A stretch of 39,129 nucleotides of DNA from Octopus bimaculoides (Eukaryota). The position numbers and the translations under genes were made by a program. Each line of letters starts with the position of its first letter. The first letter of the stretch is position 1. Where the stretch lies: NCBI RefSeq assembly GCF_001194135.2, contig NC_068996.1:53136767-53175895 (forward strand). Reading direction: 5' to 3'. The notes below the pieces were generated by a model that saw only the letters and a program-made list of their open reading frames with translations, was not told the DNA's origin and ran no database searches. Below are positions 10,463 to 23,014 of the stretch, piece after piece.

Positions 10463-11149
10463 GTAGATCTGATCTATATTTTATTTTGATAAGACTCCTA
10501 TTAATTTAGATCAGACAAAAACATTTATCAAAGATAACCTTTAATATGTGATAGTAATCCTTAAAATAAGTAGATTCAAGCCCATTGTTAAACTCTTTGT
10601 AGATCAACGTCTGTTTTGGGATCAGTTCAATAATTCCATGTGCCAGAGCTGTTTGGCATCATGTTTGATCTGATATGGTTTTCTTCTCTAAATGATGTCG
10701 CTTAAATCTGTTATGTGAATCATCTTGAATCATTTTGTTTGCTAAGTGAGACTGCTTTTTTCTTGATGTCATCTCTTCCAAGATGGCCGACACCTCAGAA
10801 ATTGAGATGCTATACATTCAAATGAAGAGTAAATGTTTACATACATACAGTATTAGACTTGGACTCATCTATGGATACAAACAGGGATGAAATGTTGATT
10901 AAACTACTGAAACTCAGAAACAAGTTAAAAACGAAATGTTTTTAAAAAGTTGGGTGAAGGCTTTCATTGTTTCTCTTTTATCTGATTGAAAAACAAAAAC
11001 AAAAAAAAACAGCAGAATTTTTTTCTCTTTCCTTCGTCTTTATTTGTTTCAGTCACTGAACTGCAGCCATGCTACAGGTCTGCCTTGAAGGGTTTTAGTC
11101 AAACAAATGGATTCCAGAACTTATTCTTAAGTCTGGTACTTATTTTGTT

Positions 11150-11356
11150 GTTGTCTTTTGCTGAACCACTAAATTATGGGGACATAAACAAACCAACACT
11201 GATGTCAAGTAATGATGAGGGACAAACACAAACAAACCAACAAACATACACACACACACACAGATACACATGACAGGCTTCTTCCAGTTTCCATCTACCA
11301 AATCCACTCACAAAGCTTAAGTCAGGCCAAAGCTATAGTAGAAGACACTCGCCCAT
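11150..11356 (-). mobile_element. Family B SINE fragment
   Basis: cagtttccatctaccaaatccactcacaaagct...gctatagtagaagacact. Confidence 0.75.
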
Positions 11357-11588
11357 CTTTGAAAAGTACCATGATATCTTTTCTGCTAATAGCAGCACTG
11401 TCTTCAGGCTAAACCAATGAGTAAATGTGGTTATTCTTTCAGAGTAACAATTTCCAAAAGTTGATGACATTGACTAAACTTATAGCCATGTTGTAAGTTG
11501 ATTAGGATGGCACCAACAATTAATAGAATATCTCTTTTGATATTCTATAGAAAAATAATTGGAGGTTAAGTAAAACAGTGTTAAGAGA

Positions 11589-11995
11589 TTAGCCTTTTAG
11601 CATTCAGCTTTCTCTATCAAACATGATGATTATTTGCCAGTTGTCCCTGACTGGCTCCTGTGCCGGTGGCACGTAAAAAGCACCCACTACACTCTCGGAG
11701 TGGTTGGCATTAGGAAGGGCATCCAGCTTTAGAAACTCTGCCTAATCAGATTGGAGCCTGGTGCAGCCACTGGCTTTCTAGACCTCAGTCAAACCGTCCA
11801 ACCCATGCCAGCATGGAAAGCGGACGTTAAATGATGATGATGATGATGATGATTTTGAATTGATCATGTTATCTCGTAGCTTCAAGATTTTGATGATGTG
11901 ATTGCTTATTTTTTAGAATGACATTGTAAGTTAGGTGTGAAAAGACAGATCTGGTCAGTTTGAATATAAAACATGGATAATATTTGGGCCAGATA
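11589..11995. mobile_element. TTAA MITE copy split by a family D element
   Basis: ttagccttttagcattcag at the left end. The body resumes after 11852 (tagaatgacattgta...gtttgaatataaaac). Confidence 0.6.
11636..11852 (+). mobile_element. Family D element nested in a TTAA MITE
   Basis: Family D consensus with a (GAT)n tail. MITE halves lie on either side. Confidence 0.85.
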
Positions 11996-12660
11996 CAGTG
12001 AAGGACACACTGCACTGCCAGGAATTGAACTGACAACCTCATGATCATGAGCCAAATACTCTAACCACTTAGCTACATACCTTCACAACAGATCATAATT
12101 ACAGATAAATTATAAATGTATTTGTGTGATGGAATAAAGAGTGAGAGCCAATCACAGACAAAGATCCTTTAGAAATTCTTAATTAGTTACATTTAGGTCT
12201 AATTTATAATTTAACAGGAATATACTTGAGTGAGGATTTTAGCCAAAATATTTTCAATTTCTCTGTAAACAATGGCTGGGAGGCAATATATATTCCTATA
12301 AAGATAGGTGTTAGAGGACCTATTGGAATCAGGGTTCACTTAATCCTCGTGAGTTGATTCTGTCATGCCTTTTTTTCCTGTCATTTGATTTCTTTCTTTT
12401 CTCTTCTGGTAGCTTTGAAGTTTTTGGTTCCAATGTTGATGGAACACTACCAGTTGGTACAGTCTTGAGTTTGTGTTTCAAATAATTTAGGCTCAAGTCC
12501 ATTGGCTTTCAGAGTTGTTTTGAGTTGGTCCTTGTACTAATACCCACTTTTTTTCTCATTGAAGACTTATATGCTCTCCTTTTAGACTATTTTCTTGAGT
12601 CAGTACACAGTAATCGCTTATAAGCTTTAAGCTTAAAATTATTATTATTATCTACAGAAT

Positions 12661-13266
12661 TTAAGGCAGTGTGCTGGCAGAATTATTAGAATGGTGCAGG
12701 AGTGGCTGTGTGGTAAGAAGTTTGCTTCCCAACCACAAGGTTCCATGTTCAATCTTATTGGATGGCACCTTGGGCAAGTGTCTTCTACTATAGCCTTGGG
12801 CCGACCAAAGCCTTGTGAGTGGATTTGGTAGACGGAAACTGAAAGAAGCCCGTCACATATATGTATATATATGTATGTTTGTGTATATGTTTTTTGTATC
12901 TGTGTTTGTCACTCCAACATCACTTGACAACTGATGCTGGTGTGTTTACGTCCCCGTAACTTAGCGGTTTGGCAAAAGAGACCGATAGAATAAGTACTAG
13001 GCTTCCAAAGAATAAGTCCTGGGGTCGATTTGCTCGACTAAAGGCGGTGCTCCAGCATGGCCGCAGTCAAAGAGTATGCCAGGCAAAATGCTTAGTGGCA
13101 TTTGGTCTGTCATTATGTTTTGAGTTCAAATTCCGCCGAGGTCGACTTTGCATTTCATCCTTTCAGAGTTAATAAATTAAGTACCAGTTGAGTACAGGGG
13201 TCAATGTAATTGACTATAGCCCTCCCCCAAATTTCAGGCCTTGTCCCTATAGTAGAAAGGATTATT
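12661..13266 (+). mobile_element. Family B SINE (12693-13075) nested inside a family A SINE
   Basis: The family A head ends at ...ggcagaattattagaat, a near-complete family B copy follows, and family A resumes at atgccaggcaaaatgcttag (13076). Confidence 0.85.
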
Positions 13267-13553
13267 TGTAGAACTTTCACTCATCACCACTTCTCTGTTT
13301 AACACAGAAAATGTGTATGTGTTATATGATTATGTAGGGAGAGATATGAGATGATATTATTATTTAGCTTCATCAGAGCAATACTAATAACCTGGTATTA
13401 GTGCATTGCATCCTATGGCAGAAACAGTTGTAAGCTAATGAAATTTATGACATAATTTCTTATTCCCTTGTCATTTAATTTCTTTTATATATATCTGAAC
13501 TTTTTGAGGTCATCAAATATTTTATCTGATTTTTTTTTTTTGTATTTTACTAG

Positions 13554-13621
13554 CATTTAAAGGAGCCTTTTTAAATGGATCTCGATGGTTGCATTCAAGT
13601 CAGGAACCAAACAAAGTCAAG
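13554..13621 (+). CDS. PEPM: PEP phosphomutase upstream coding exon (68 bp, phase 1 to phase 0), presequence-like
   Basis: Poly-T acceptor ttttttttttttgtattttactag| and strong donor AAG|gtgagc. Reads (x)FKGAFLNGSRWLHSSQEPNKVK and splices in frame to 25294, giving [13 protein letters not shown], which matches Mytilus [13 protein letters not shown]. The intron is 13622-25293. Confidence 0.85.
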
Positions 13622-13679
13622 GTGAGCTATCAAAAGAATAGAACATAAATTGTAATGACCGTCTAGCTATACTATCCTT

Positions 13680-13696
13680 CTCTTTCTCTTTCTCTC

Positions 13697-13789
<93 letters not shown>

Positions 13790-14184
13790 NNNNNNNNNNN
13801 NNNNNNNNNNNNNNNNNNNNNNNNNNNNNNNNNNNNNNNNNNNNNNNNNNNNNNNNNNNNNNNNNNNNNNNNNNNNNNNNNNNNNNNNNNNNNNNNNNNN
13901 NNNNNNNNNNNNNNNNNNNNNNNNNNNNNNNNNNNNNNNNNNNNNNNNNNNNNNNNNNNNNNNNNNNNNNNNNNNNNNNNNNNNNNNNNNNNNNNNNNNN
14001 NNNNNNNNNNNNNNNNNNNNNNNNNNNNNNNNNNNNNNNNNNNNNNNNNNNNNNNNNNNNNNNNNNNNNNNNNNNNNNNNNNNNNNNNNNNNNNNNNNNN
14101 NNNNNNNNNNNNNNNNNNNNNNNNNNNNNNNNNNNNNNNNNNNNNNNNNNNNNNNNNNTCTCTCTCTCTCTCTCTCTCTCTCTC
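13680..14184. repeat. (CT)n microsatellite spanning a gap, ~60 bp downstream of the PEPM donor
   Basis: Direct observation. Confidence 0.95.
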
Positions 14185-14659
14185 TTTTGAGTGAGTGTGC
14201 CAGAGAAGCAGTCATATGTATCTTTAAAGTTCTTGAACCAATTCCTGCAATTCTTCATGTGAATAAGTTGGTGAGTCGTTGTTCTTGGCATGGTTGGACA
14301 AGAATCAGTAACATTCAACACACACACATTTATTTATTTCTACTACTACTACTACTATCACCTTCACCATCACCACTAGTACTGTGACATGAGTGTTGTT
14401 GGTCAGGTTTTGTGATGAAACACTGGACAGATTGTAGTGTCCACTATTGAAAGTAGAATTATTAAGTGTGATTCTGTGGAGCGAAATAATGTATATAGAC
14501 AGGCAAGCAGGTTGGTAGGCATTTAGATCCTTGAATAACAGAAATGTTCATTAGGATCACCTCACACTGAAAGGGCCCAGAGATAATCTCACCATCTGTG
14601 TAGTCTGCAGTTGCATTACACTTTCAAAAACTTACCTTGTCATCCATGAAAGGTCACAT

Positions 14660-14980
14660 GTCAGAGGACCGACACAAAAAATGCTTGAACAAAGATGGCA
14701 CACGGGTTGACTGTTTGCTTTGTCCTCACCACACCCTTGCCACATTTGTTGATTGTAAGATTGCATTGAGTGAACATCTCTCGCCTTTTCTGCAAGATGA
14801 TGTACTCAATAGTAGAAAGATTGAAGATAGTGGAAACATATTTGAGAATTCATTCTGTTAAGCAAGTGTGTAAAATTTTTGAAGTCAAGTTTGTGGGTAA
14901 GGACTTACCAGCAAAGGGAACGATAAAAATGTTGGTTAAGAAGTGGCTTGTTACAGGGCCAGTGCACAGAAAGAAAGGTA
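14660..14980 (+). mobile_element. Tc1/mariner-superfamily transposase 5' fragment (DUF4817-like HTH)
   Basis: From 14797 it reads MMYSIVERLKIVETYLRIHSVKQVCKIFEVKFVGKDLPAKGTIKMLVKKWLVTGPV. It is cut off by an RTE insertion at about 14980. Confidence 0.7.
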
Positions 14981-15990
14981 TGCCTAAGTGGGCTGGTTAC
15001 ACCCCTGGTAAAGGCCACGGGTTATGGTCTCACTTGGCTTGCTGGGTCTTCTCAAGTACAGCATATTTCCAAAGGTCTCGGTCATTAGTCATTGTTTCGG
15101 TGAGGCCTAATGTTAGAAGGTCGTGCTTCACCACCTCATCCCAGGTCTTCCTGGGTCTACATCTTCCACGGGTTCCCTCAACTGCTAGGGTGTGGCAATT
15201 TTTCACACAGCTATCCTCATCCATTCTTGCCACATGTCCATACCAGCGCAATTGTCTCTCTTGCACACCACAACTGATGCTTCTTAAATCCAACTTTTCT
15301 CTCAGGACGCTTACACTCTATCGTGTATGCACACTGACATTACACATCCATTGGAGCATACTGGCTTCATTCCTTGCAAGCTTACGCATGTCCTCAGCAG
15401 TCACGGCCCATGTTTCACTGCCATGTAGCATGACTGTTCGTACACATGCCTTTTACTCTGAGCGAGAGGCCCTTTGTCACTGTGAACTTTGCCCAGGCTA
15501 TTCTTATTCTAGCAGCTACACTTTTAGAGCACCCCCCCCCCCCNNNNNNNNNNNNNNNNNNNNNNNNNNNNNNNNNNNNNNNNNNNNCCCCCCACTACTA
15601 ACTTAGTCACCTAGGTAACAGAAGCTATCAACTACTTCTAGTTTTTCTCCCTGGAATGTGGCAGAAATTGTTCTCTGCATATTTTCAGTGTTTATTGCTC
15701 CTGAGCATCTGGCACATACAAAACTTATCTTCCCAGTTAGCCTTCCTTTGATATTGCTGCACCTCTTATGTTCATAGCTTACACTGGGTACATCTTATCG
15801 AGTTTCTACCTATGCCTTTTCTACTGATCAAGTCTACCTGAAGGGATATGTGGTTTGTCTGCCTTTCTACTTATTAGGACTTTGGTTTTAGTTAGGTTGA
15901 CTCTAAGGCCCTTCGATTCTAATCCTTGCTTCCACACCTGAAACTTCTCCTCTAGTTCTGATAGTGACTCAGCAATTAGAGCAAGGTGAT
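14978..15990 (-). mobile_element. 5'-truncated RTE-clade LINE
   Basis: Decayed RT region with Cys-rich insert (RKGIGRNSIRCTQCKL), LEVVDSF, VMLHGSETWAVTAEDMRKL, and C-terminal RQLRWYGHVARMDEDS...GRCRPRKTWDEVVKHDL (ORF 15030-15293). Confidence 0.9.
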
Positions 15991-15992
15991 TA

Positions 15993-16028
<36 letters not shown>

Positions 16029-16035
<7 letters not shown>

Positions 16036-16909
16036 CTGATCAATAAGCATCCAGACTGTTGCCATAGTAATGAAGCTAAAGCATGCAGAGTAAAGCCGCT
16101 TGGTACAGATTGACCTTGAACTCTGCTGTGCAGTGCACTAAGTTCTAATGTTCTAACTCTCACTTCCGCTGTTTACAGCAGTGCTTGGAAGGGAGGTGTG
16201 TAATGTGTGATCATTGCATTGACCATGACAAAGAAGGTTGAGCAGAATCTGCATCAAATTTTGCCAACAGCTTGGCAATACCTGCTCAGAGGCCTATGCA
16301 AAGTTTTCAAAATTTTTCATTATTCTCGACACAATCAAGAAGATCTTGTGCAACTGAAACCCAAATGTCTTTTTGATCAGCTGAAAGCAGTTTTGGCACA
16401 AACTTGGCAGACACACATCTCATTCCCAAATCTTCAGAGATATTGGACTGAACTGAACCATAACTAATCTGCACATCCTCTGATAACTCATGGATGATAA
16501 TTCGATGATTTCCCCTCACAGCTGCACGCACATCTGCGATGTTTTTCTCATTTCTGTTGGTTGCGGGTCTCCCGGAACTTTTGTCAATATTGACATTTTT
16601 TCAGTCATCTTGGAAACATCTGAACCACTTGTACACTTGTGTGTGGCTCATACACTTTCTGCAACTTTGTATAGGCCTCTGAGCAGGTATCCCCATGACC
16701 ACTTTCTCTGTCATGGTCAATGCGATGATCACACACTACACACCTTCCTTCCAAACACTGCCGTAAACAGCGGAAGTGAGCTAGAATGTTAAAACTTAGT
16801 ACGCATGCACAGCAGAGGTCAAGGTTAATTTGTGTATAGCGGCTTCACCCTGTGTGCTTTAGCTTTGTTACTATGGCAACAACCTAGATACTCATTGATC
16901 AGACCTCAC
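16029..16909. mobile_element. Non-autonomous mariner derivative with long inverted 5' ends
   Basis: 16031-16296 is an inverted copy of about 16668-16908. The minus strand carries a transposase N-terminus (YKWFRCF, GRP, IIIHELSEDVQISYGSVQSNISEDLGMRCVSAKFVPKLLS). No DDD domain is present. Confidence 0.9.
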
Positions 16910-17090
16910 ACACATCTGCAACGACACCAGTAAGAGTACTGGTGTTCTTTATGTCCTAAGCTGTGATCATCACTCATTTACTGCTTGAGTAAAAAAAAAT
17001 CAATAACTTTGGAGAAATGCAAAAGGGTGTAGCTATTGTTGGTTTGGTTCTTGACCAAATTATATGCTTCATTGTTTTTTATCTTCCACC

Positions 17091-17260
17091 TTTTTCTTGT
17101 TCCAATCATTGGACTGTGGCTGAAGTGCTGCCTTGAACAAATCAACTCCAGTACTTAGTATGGTACATATTCTATTTATCAGTCTCTTTTGGCAAACTGC
17201 TAAGTTACAGAGGCATAAACAAACACTGGTTGTCAAATGGTAGTGTGGACAGACTCACAC
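17091..17260 (-). mobile_element. Family B SINE fragment (diverged)
   Basis: Reverse complement of the family B 3' half. Confidence 0.7.
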
Positions 17261-17709
17261 GCATGCATGCACATGCACAGAAACAGACACACATGCACAC
17301 ACACAAACACATGCACACTCAAACACACACATGCATGCGTGCGCATGCACACACACCATTATCATCATCAACATCTTATCTTGCATTTACGTATGGGAGT
17401 CTCTTAAGTTACAATTATGTTAGTAAAACAATCCTAAAGGCTCTGATGCTATAGATAAAAATAATCTCTCCAAATAACATAATCTATTAATCCACTTGAA
17501 CTTAGTCATTGTTTTATGAATATACGCAATGTATTATAAAGAAAATTTAGTGAAAGCCACACAAGTGCTTGACCTCAACCTTTGAATAGCATGGCATCTG
17601 CTTAAGGTTGTTTTCCTTATTTTTCTTATGGCAATGAGATTTTATTTGTGAAGTTTAATTCTTAGACTGCTGAGTGCAAGGCAAGGATTCCAAATCTTAA
17701 CCCTTTTGT

Positions 17710-17916
17710 TACTCTTTTACTTGTTTCAGTCATTTGACTGAAGCCATGCTGGAGCACCGCCTTTAGTCGAGCAAATCGACCCCAGGACTTATTCTTTAGA
17801 TGCCTAGTACATATTCTATCAGTCTCTTTTGCCGAACCGCTAAGTTACGGGGACATAAACACACCAGCATCGGTTGTCGAGCAATACTAGGAGGACAAAC
17901 ACAGACACACAAACAT

Positions 17917-17964
<48 letters not shown>

Positions 17965-17967
17965 GAT
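17710..17967 (-). mobile_element. Family B SINE, 3' half running into gap
   Basis: actcttttacttgtttcagtcatttgact...gccgaaccgctaagttacggggac. Confidence 0.85.
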
Positions 17968-18253
17968 NNNNNNNNNNNNNNNNNNNNNNNNNNNNNNNNN
18001 NNNNNNNNNNNNNNNNNNNNNNNNNNNNNNNNNNNNNNNNNNNNNNNNNNNNNNNNNNNNNNNNNNNNNNNNNNNNNNNNNNNNNNNNNNNNNNNNNNNN
18101 NNNNNNNNNNNNNNNNNNNNNNNNNNNNNNNNNNNNNNNNNNNNNNNNNNNNNNNNNNNNNNNNNNNNNNNNNNNNNNNNNNNNNNNNNNNNNNNNNNNN
18201 NNNNNNNNNNNNNNNNNNNNNNNNNNNNNNNNNNNNNNNNNNNNNNNNNNNNN

Positions 18254-18450
18254 GCCTATGCACACAGCCACTCCTGTGCTTATGCACACAGCCACTCCTG
18301 CGCCTATGCACACAGCCACTCCTGCGCCTATGCACACAGCCACTCCTGCGCCTATGCACACAGCCACTCCTGTGCTTATGCACACAGCCACTCCTGCACC
18401 TATGCACACAGCCACTCCTGCGCCTATGCACACAGCCAATCCTGCACCTA
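18254..18450. repeat. 24-bp minisatellite (gcctatgcacacagccactcctgc), about 8 copies, extending into gap
   Basis: Tandem copies are directly visible. They explain the MHTATPAP-repeat ORFs. Confidence 0.95.
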
Positions 18451-19089
18451 TAGCATATTTCTGTTGAAATATGCTGCTTTTGTTTTAATTAAGTTTGAAA
18501 GTAACAAGCAATTTAGTAAAATAACTTTGTCATTTTTAAACTACTGTTTGTAACATAAATTAACATGAAATCTTGATGAAAAATTTGGTTCACTGTAAAA
18601 CAGAAAGATTATATCATAGAACCAGTAGCAGTTTCAGACAGGTTGGTATGAAAAGGATTAAATCAGTTGATATTTGTTCTGTGCCTTTAGCAATTTGCTC
18701 TACTTACCTTTTCGACTAATTAACTGTATTGATAGAATACATTTTACTTGCCCTAGTGATCTAATCTCTCAGCTTTGTTTGTAAATCACATGCCTGCTTG
18801 CCGACCTAACTTGTAACTGGTTGACTATCTTAGCGTCTACTTCAGTGAAGTGGAAGGATATTCACTAATAAAAATAGTTATTCTTAAAATTGGTAAATAG
18901 ATAAAGTTAAAAAGCCATGACACAAAATAGCTTGGGAAAATGGTTGTACTATTCGTTTTTAGTATTGGTGTAAATTCCAAAATTTGATGGGTTGGATTAG
19001 TTGATGGTATTGATCTAAGTACTTGTTTTGTACTTGATACTTAAAAGATGAATGGTCCAGTTGACCTTGGCAATATTTGAATACAAAGC

Positions 19090-19484
19090 TGGAATAAATA
19101 CTGCATGACATTTTGTAAGGGTGGTGGTAGCAAGGAGGTTTTTCAGGCAGCACAAAGGGAAGCTAGAAAGCAGGTATACTCAGCCAGGAGTGAAGCAGAA
19201 AGGAAGAAGTTTGCCAATGTCTTACAGCATGAGAACCAGATGCTTGAAGTGTTTTGGTTTGCAAGACAGTGTGTTAGGGAAAACTGTGATGTTGTGGGAG
19301 AGAAGTATGTTTGCATGGATGATGGCTCAGTTGCAGTTAGTGACTCTGCAAAGAAAGAGGCTTGAAAGTGTCACTATGAAAGGCTACTAAATGTAGATAA
19401 TGCATGGGAGAAAGAGAGTCTGCCTACGGTGGATCTGACAGAGGGACCAGCAATCCAAATAGACATTAACATAGTAGATAAAGC
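19090..19484 (+). mobile_element. RTE LINE fragment (EN-RT linker)
   Basis: QAAQREARKQVYSARSEAERKKF...ARQCVRENCDVVGEKYV..DDGSV.VSDSAKKEA*KCHYERLLNV. Confidence 0.8.
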
Positions 19485-19614
19485 CATCGTCATCGTTTAA
19501 CGTCCGCTTTCCATGCTAGCATGGGTTGGACGATTTGACTGAGGACTGGTGAAACCAGATGGCTACACCAGGCTCCAATCTGATTTGGCAGAGTTTCTAC
19601 AGCTGGATGCCCTT
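19485..19614 (-). mobile_element. Family D element, 3' part
   Basis: Reverse complement of the family D tail. It truncates the RTE fragment at 19485. Confidence 0.85.
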
Positions 19615-20009
19615 TCAATCAGAATTCTTTGTTAGTTTTTTCCCTAAATACCAGCTTAATTATAGCATATTTTACTTAGTTCTTCATTACTTTCAAAAGT
19701 CTCTTGAAGCAGAGGAAGCATATTTCAACAGAAATATGGTAACAAAAGTTTTTGATGAAGATAATCTCTTGATGAGTGATGCTTAGCTGGTTGAAGTCCC
19801 AGGTTGGGAACATTTCAACTTTTGCTTCTGCATATGTGTGGTGAAACCAAAAGGAACTTTAGAGGGAAATACAAGTAATTTTTACCATAAGAAATAGTGA
19901 ACTTCAGTACAGTTTCCATCTACCAAATTCCACTCAATGTACGTTAAAGAAGACAATTGCCCAAGGTGTCACATAGTAGAATTGAACTTGAAGCCATATA
20001 TCTTTTGCC

Positions 20010-20256
20010 TTTTATTTCTTATTTGTTTCATTGGACTGTGGCCATACTGGGGCTTGGACTTGAAGGGCTTTAGTCAAACAAATTGATGCCAGGATGTTTT
20101 TTTTTTTTTAAAGCCTGGCACTTATTCTATCTATCTCTTTTGCCAAACTGCTAAGTTACAGGGATGTAAACAAACTAACACCAATTATGAAGTTGTGGTG
20201 GGGTGCAAACACAAGCACAATGACACATGCACCCCCCCCACACACACACACACATA

Positions 20257-20304
<48 letters not shown>

Positions 20305-20464
20305 ATGAGCTTCTTTCAGTTTCCATCTACCAAATCCACTTGTAAGTTTTTGGTTGGCTTGGAGCTATAGTAGAAGACACTTGCCCAAGGTGCCATCCAG
20401 TAAGATTGAACATGGAACCTTGTGGTTGGGAAGCAAACTTCTTACCACACAGCCATCCTTGCAC
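20010..20464 (-). mobile_element. Family B SINE, near full length
   Basis: Tail at about 20010, internal (CA)/(TA) microsatellite, and tRNA-like head ending cttaccacacagccatccttgcac. A partial head also lies at about 19910-19990. Confidence 0.8.
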
Positions 20465-20519
20465 TTATATGTGAACAATTTAACCACAACCATGTCTATG
20501 CATAATATGGCTACATGTG

Positions 20520-20760
20520 TCACATGAAAACTCCCCTGCTGATACCATGTAAAAAGTACCCAGTACACTCTGTACATTCTTTTATTTCGTTGGCATTAGG
20601 AGGGGCATCCAGCCATGGAAATTGTGACGAATAGAGTCAAGTGCAGCTCTCCAGCTTGTCAGCTGCTGCCAAACTGTCCAACCCATGCCAGCATGGAAAA
20701 CGGATGTTAAACGATCATCATGATCATCATCATCATGATGATCATCATGATCATGATCAT
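20520..20760 (+). mobile_element. Diverged family D element
   Basis: ggcattaggaggggcatccagcc...ccaacccatgccagcatggaaaacggatgttaaacgatcatcatg. Confidence 0.7.
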
Positions 20761-21310
20761 GAAAGCTGATCTGCAGACAGTCAGATCCTTATATATTCAC
20801 ATACATAGTATCACAGGTTACATTCATACCTACTTTCTCAATTATGTTACCTCACATCTACCTCAATAAAACTTGCAACAGTTATCTATTTATATTCCTG
20901 TAAGTTTCCAATTTCAGTCATACAACACAGCTGCTGCAAACTTGTTGCCTGTTTTCTCATTAACTTTTCATATCTTTATCAATTTTTTTTTTATTGATTA
21001 AGAATATTGATGATTTATTTCTTTGAGTGTGTGTGAAAATTATGTAAATATATTAAAAATTGAAGTAATCTGAAACATTCATAATTACATGGTTCTTAGT
21101 TTTATTAGGTTCTGTGTCAGGTAAAATACAGGTGTGGAAGAAAGTTGTGGGGTTTTTTGTCTGCAGTAAATAAACCAAGAGGATAAAGTGTTAAAACATT
21201 TTGTGACCACATTTTGTAATGAAATACACCATCCATGTGTTTCAAATAATTTTGGATACAATCAACAGTTTGTTTGGTCTTAGTAGAATAACTAACTTTG
21301 CCACCTCTTT

Positions 21311-21523
21311 AATAATCCTTTATACTGAAGGCACAAGTCCTGAAATTTAAGGGGAGGGGGTGTTTTACGATCGCAGTGTTTCACTGGTACTTAATTTATC
21401 AACCGAGAAAGGACAAAAGGCAAAGTTGACTTCAGTGGAATTTGAACTCAGAATGTAGTAGCAGGTGAAATACCACAAAGCATTTCATCCAGCATGCTAA
21501 CGATTCTGCCAGCTTGCCACCTT
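21311..21523 (-). mobile_element. Family A SINE
   Basis: Reverse-complement match to the family A consensus. Confidence 0.8.
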
Positions 21524-21669
21524 AAAGTAATGTTTACCTGGGTAGGATTTGAACTTAGGAACAAATACCATGATGTCAACTATCCAATGTTTTAATGGCT
21601 TGCCGTCATGTCACCAGTTTAATAATGTAACAAAAGTTCTTTCATGAAAATATAATATCTTTAGATTGC

Positions 21670-22378
21670 TGAGAAATATTGAGGGACACCAGTACCTAAG
21701 GGTGCTGAAGAATGAATGATAGGGTCCTGGAATGAGAAAAGAGATCTACCGAGAGTGAAAGAGAAGAATCGGGAAGGTACTTGAAACGGAATTTAATGGA
21801 GGAGATATTAACAAGGCAATGAATATACAAGCCATACCAATATTAAGATACTCTGTTTTTTTTTGTTTTTTTAAATGAGCAAAGACAGAACTACAGGAAT
21901 TAGAAGAATTGAGAAGCTACTCATAATGCACAATGTGCACTGCCCTAAAGTTAATACCAACAGATTCTACTTACAAAAAAGGCAGGTGGCAGAAGATTAC
22001 TAAATGCTGAAGACACTGTTAATACCATGATATTGAGTTTGAAAAATCATGTTGTACAAAGGGAAGAAAGAATATTATCATGGGATAAAAATATCTAAAA
22101 ATTATTGAAACAGTTGAAAAATTCAAGAACAGAACAAAGGACAACAGGACAAGTAACTAGAGATAGAATTACATGACTAATTCATGCAACAAATGAAGAA
22201 TGTTGGATGTAAAGAACACTAGCAAAGGCTGACAGATGGAAACCTTAAACAAGAAACTGAATCACTAATTATACCTTCTCAAGGACAAGACATTTGAATG
22301 AATTTGATAAAGAATAATCAATGAGAGAGCAAAATGTGTGAAAAAGGAGATGAAAGTAGTAATCATCTCTTAAGTGTA
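21670..22378 (+). mobile_element. Decayed R4/Dong-like (RLE-type) LINE fragment
   Basis: KVLETEFNGGDINKAMNIQAIPILRYS, LLIMHNVHCPKVNTNRFYL, TLKQETESLII, and a decayed CCHC knuckle. Confidence 0.75.
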
Positions 22379-22391
22379 TCATGTAGTATCC

Positions 22392-22428
<37 letters not shown>

Positions 22429-22433
22429 TAATA

Positions 22434-22990
22434 AATGCCTGGATGCAGTACCAGGCAGTGGCTCTCATAGCTTCTGATCTTAACTGATTGGAAGTGTTAT
22501 CATGTATATTGTTTTGTCTTGGTATAAAAAGATGGGCTACAGCAAATATTCTGCTTAATACCACAGATTTGCTTGTCAGTTGTTTGACCTTATCGAGTTG
22601 AACATGTTCTTTGTTGGCTGACGATATGTGCATCTCTGATCATGAGCAGAAGTAGTGGGGGAGCATCATAGCCATGTGTTGAAAGGAATTCTTTGGGGTT
22701 TGAATAATTCACCTTTGCAAACATGGGTCTTTTGCTCAACATCCTTAAATGAACCTTATTCAGGGACCTTTTGGGTGAGATGGGCTACTCGACCTGAAGA
22801 AAATTCTAACTGGGCCCCACCTCCAAGGTCATGCACTGTTTATCTTGATATGAGATCACCTTGTACTCATATGGTTGTGATGCATGTGCCTGGTGTACCC
22901 TTATCAGACGGGTAGTCATGATGGGTATATTGGGCTTTGTATATTTTACCCCAGTGTCACTATGATGACATGCACTGCTCTCTCACTCAA
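22434..22990. mobile_element. ~560-bp non-coding interspersed element flanked by (AAT)n
   Basis: Complex, GC-richer block bounded by (AAT)n at 22395-22433 and 22989-23013. It has no convincing ORF, and its class is unresolved. Confidence 0.5.
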
Positions 22991-23014
22991 TAATAATAAT
23001 AATAATAATAATAT

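Noticed and set aside
18254-18450. 24-bp tandem array as a possible CRISPR or repeat-protein exon
   Set aside because: There are no unique spacers, the context is eukaryotic, and it is a simple minisatellite next to a gap.
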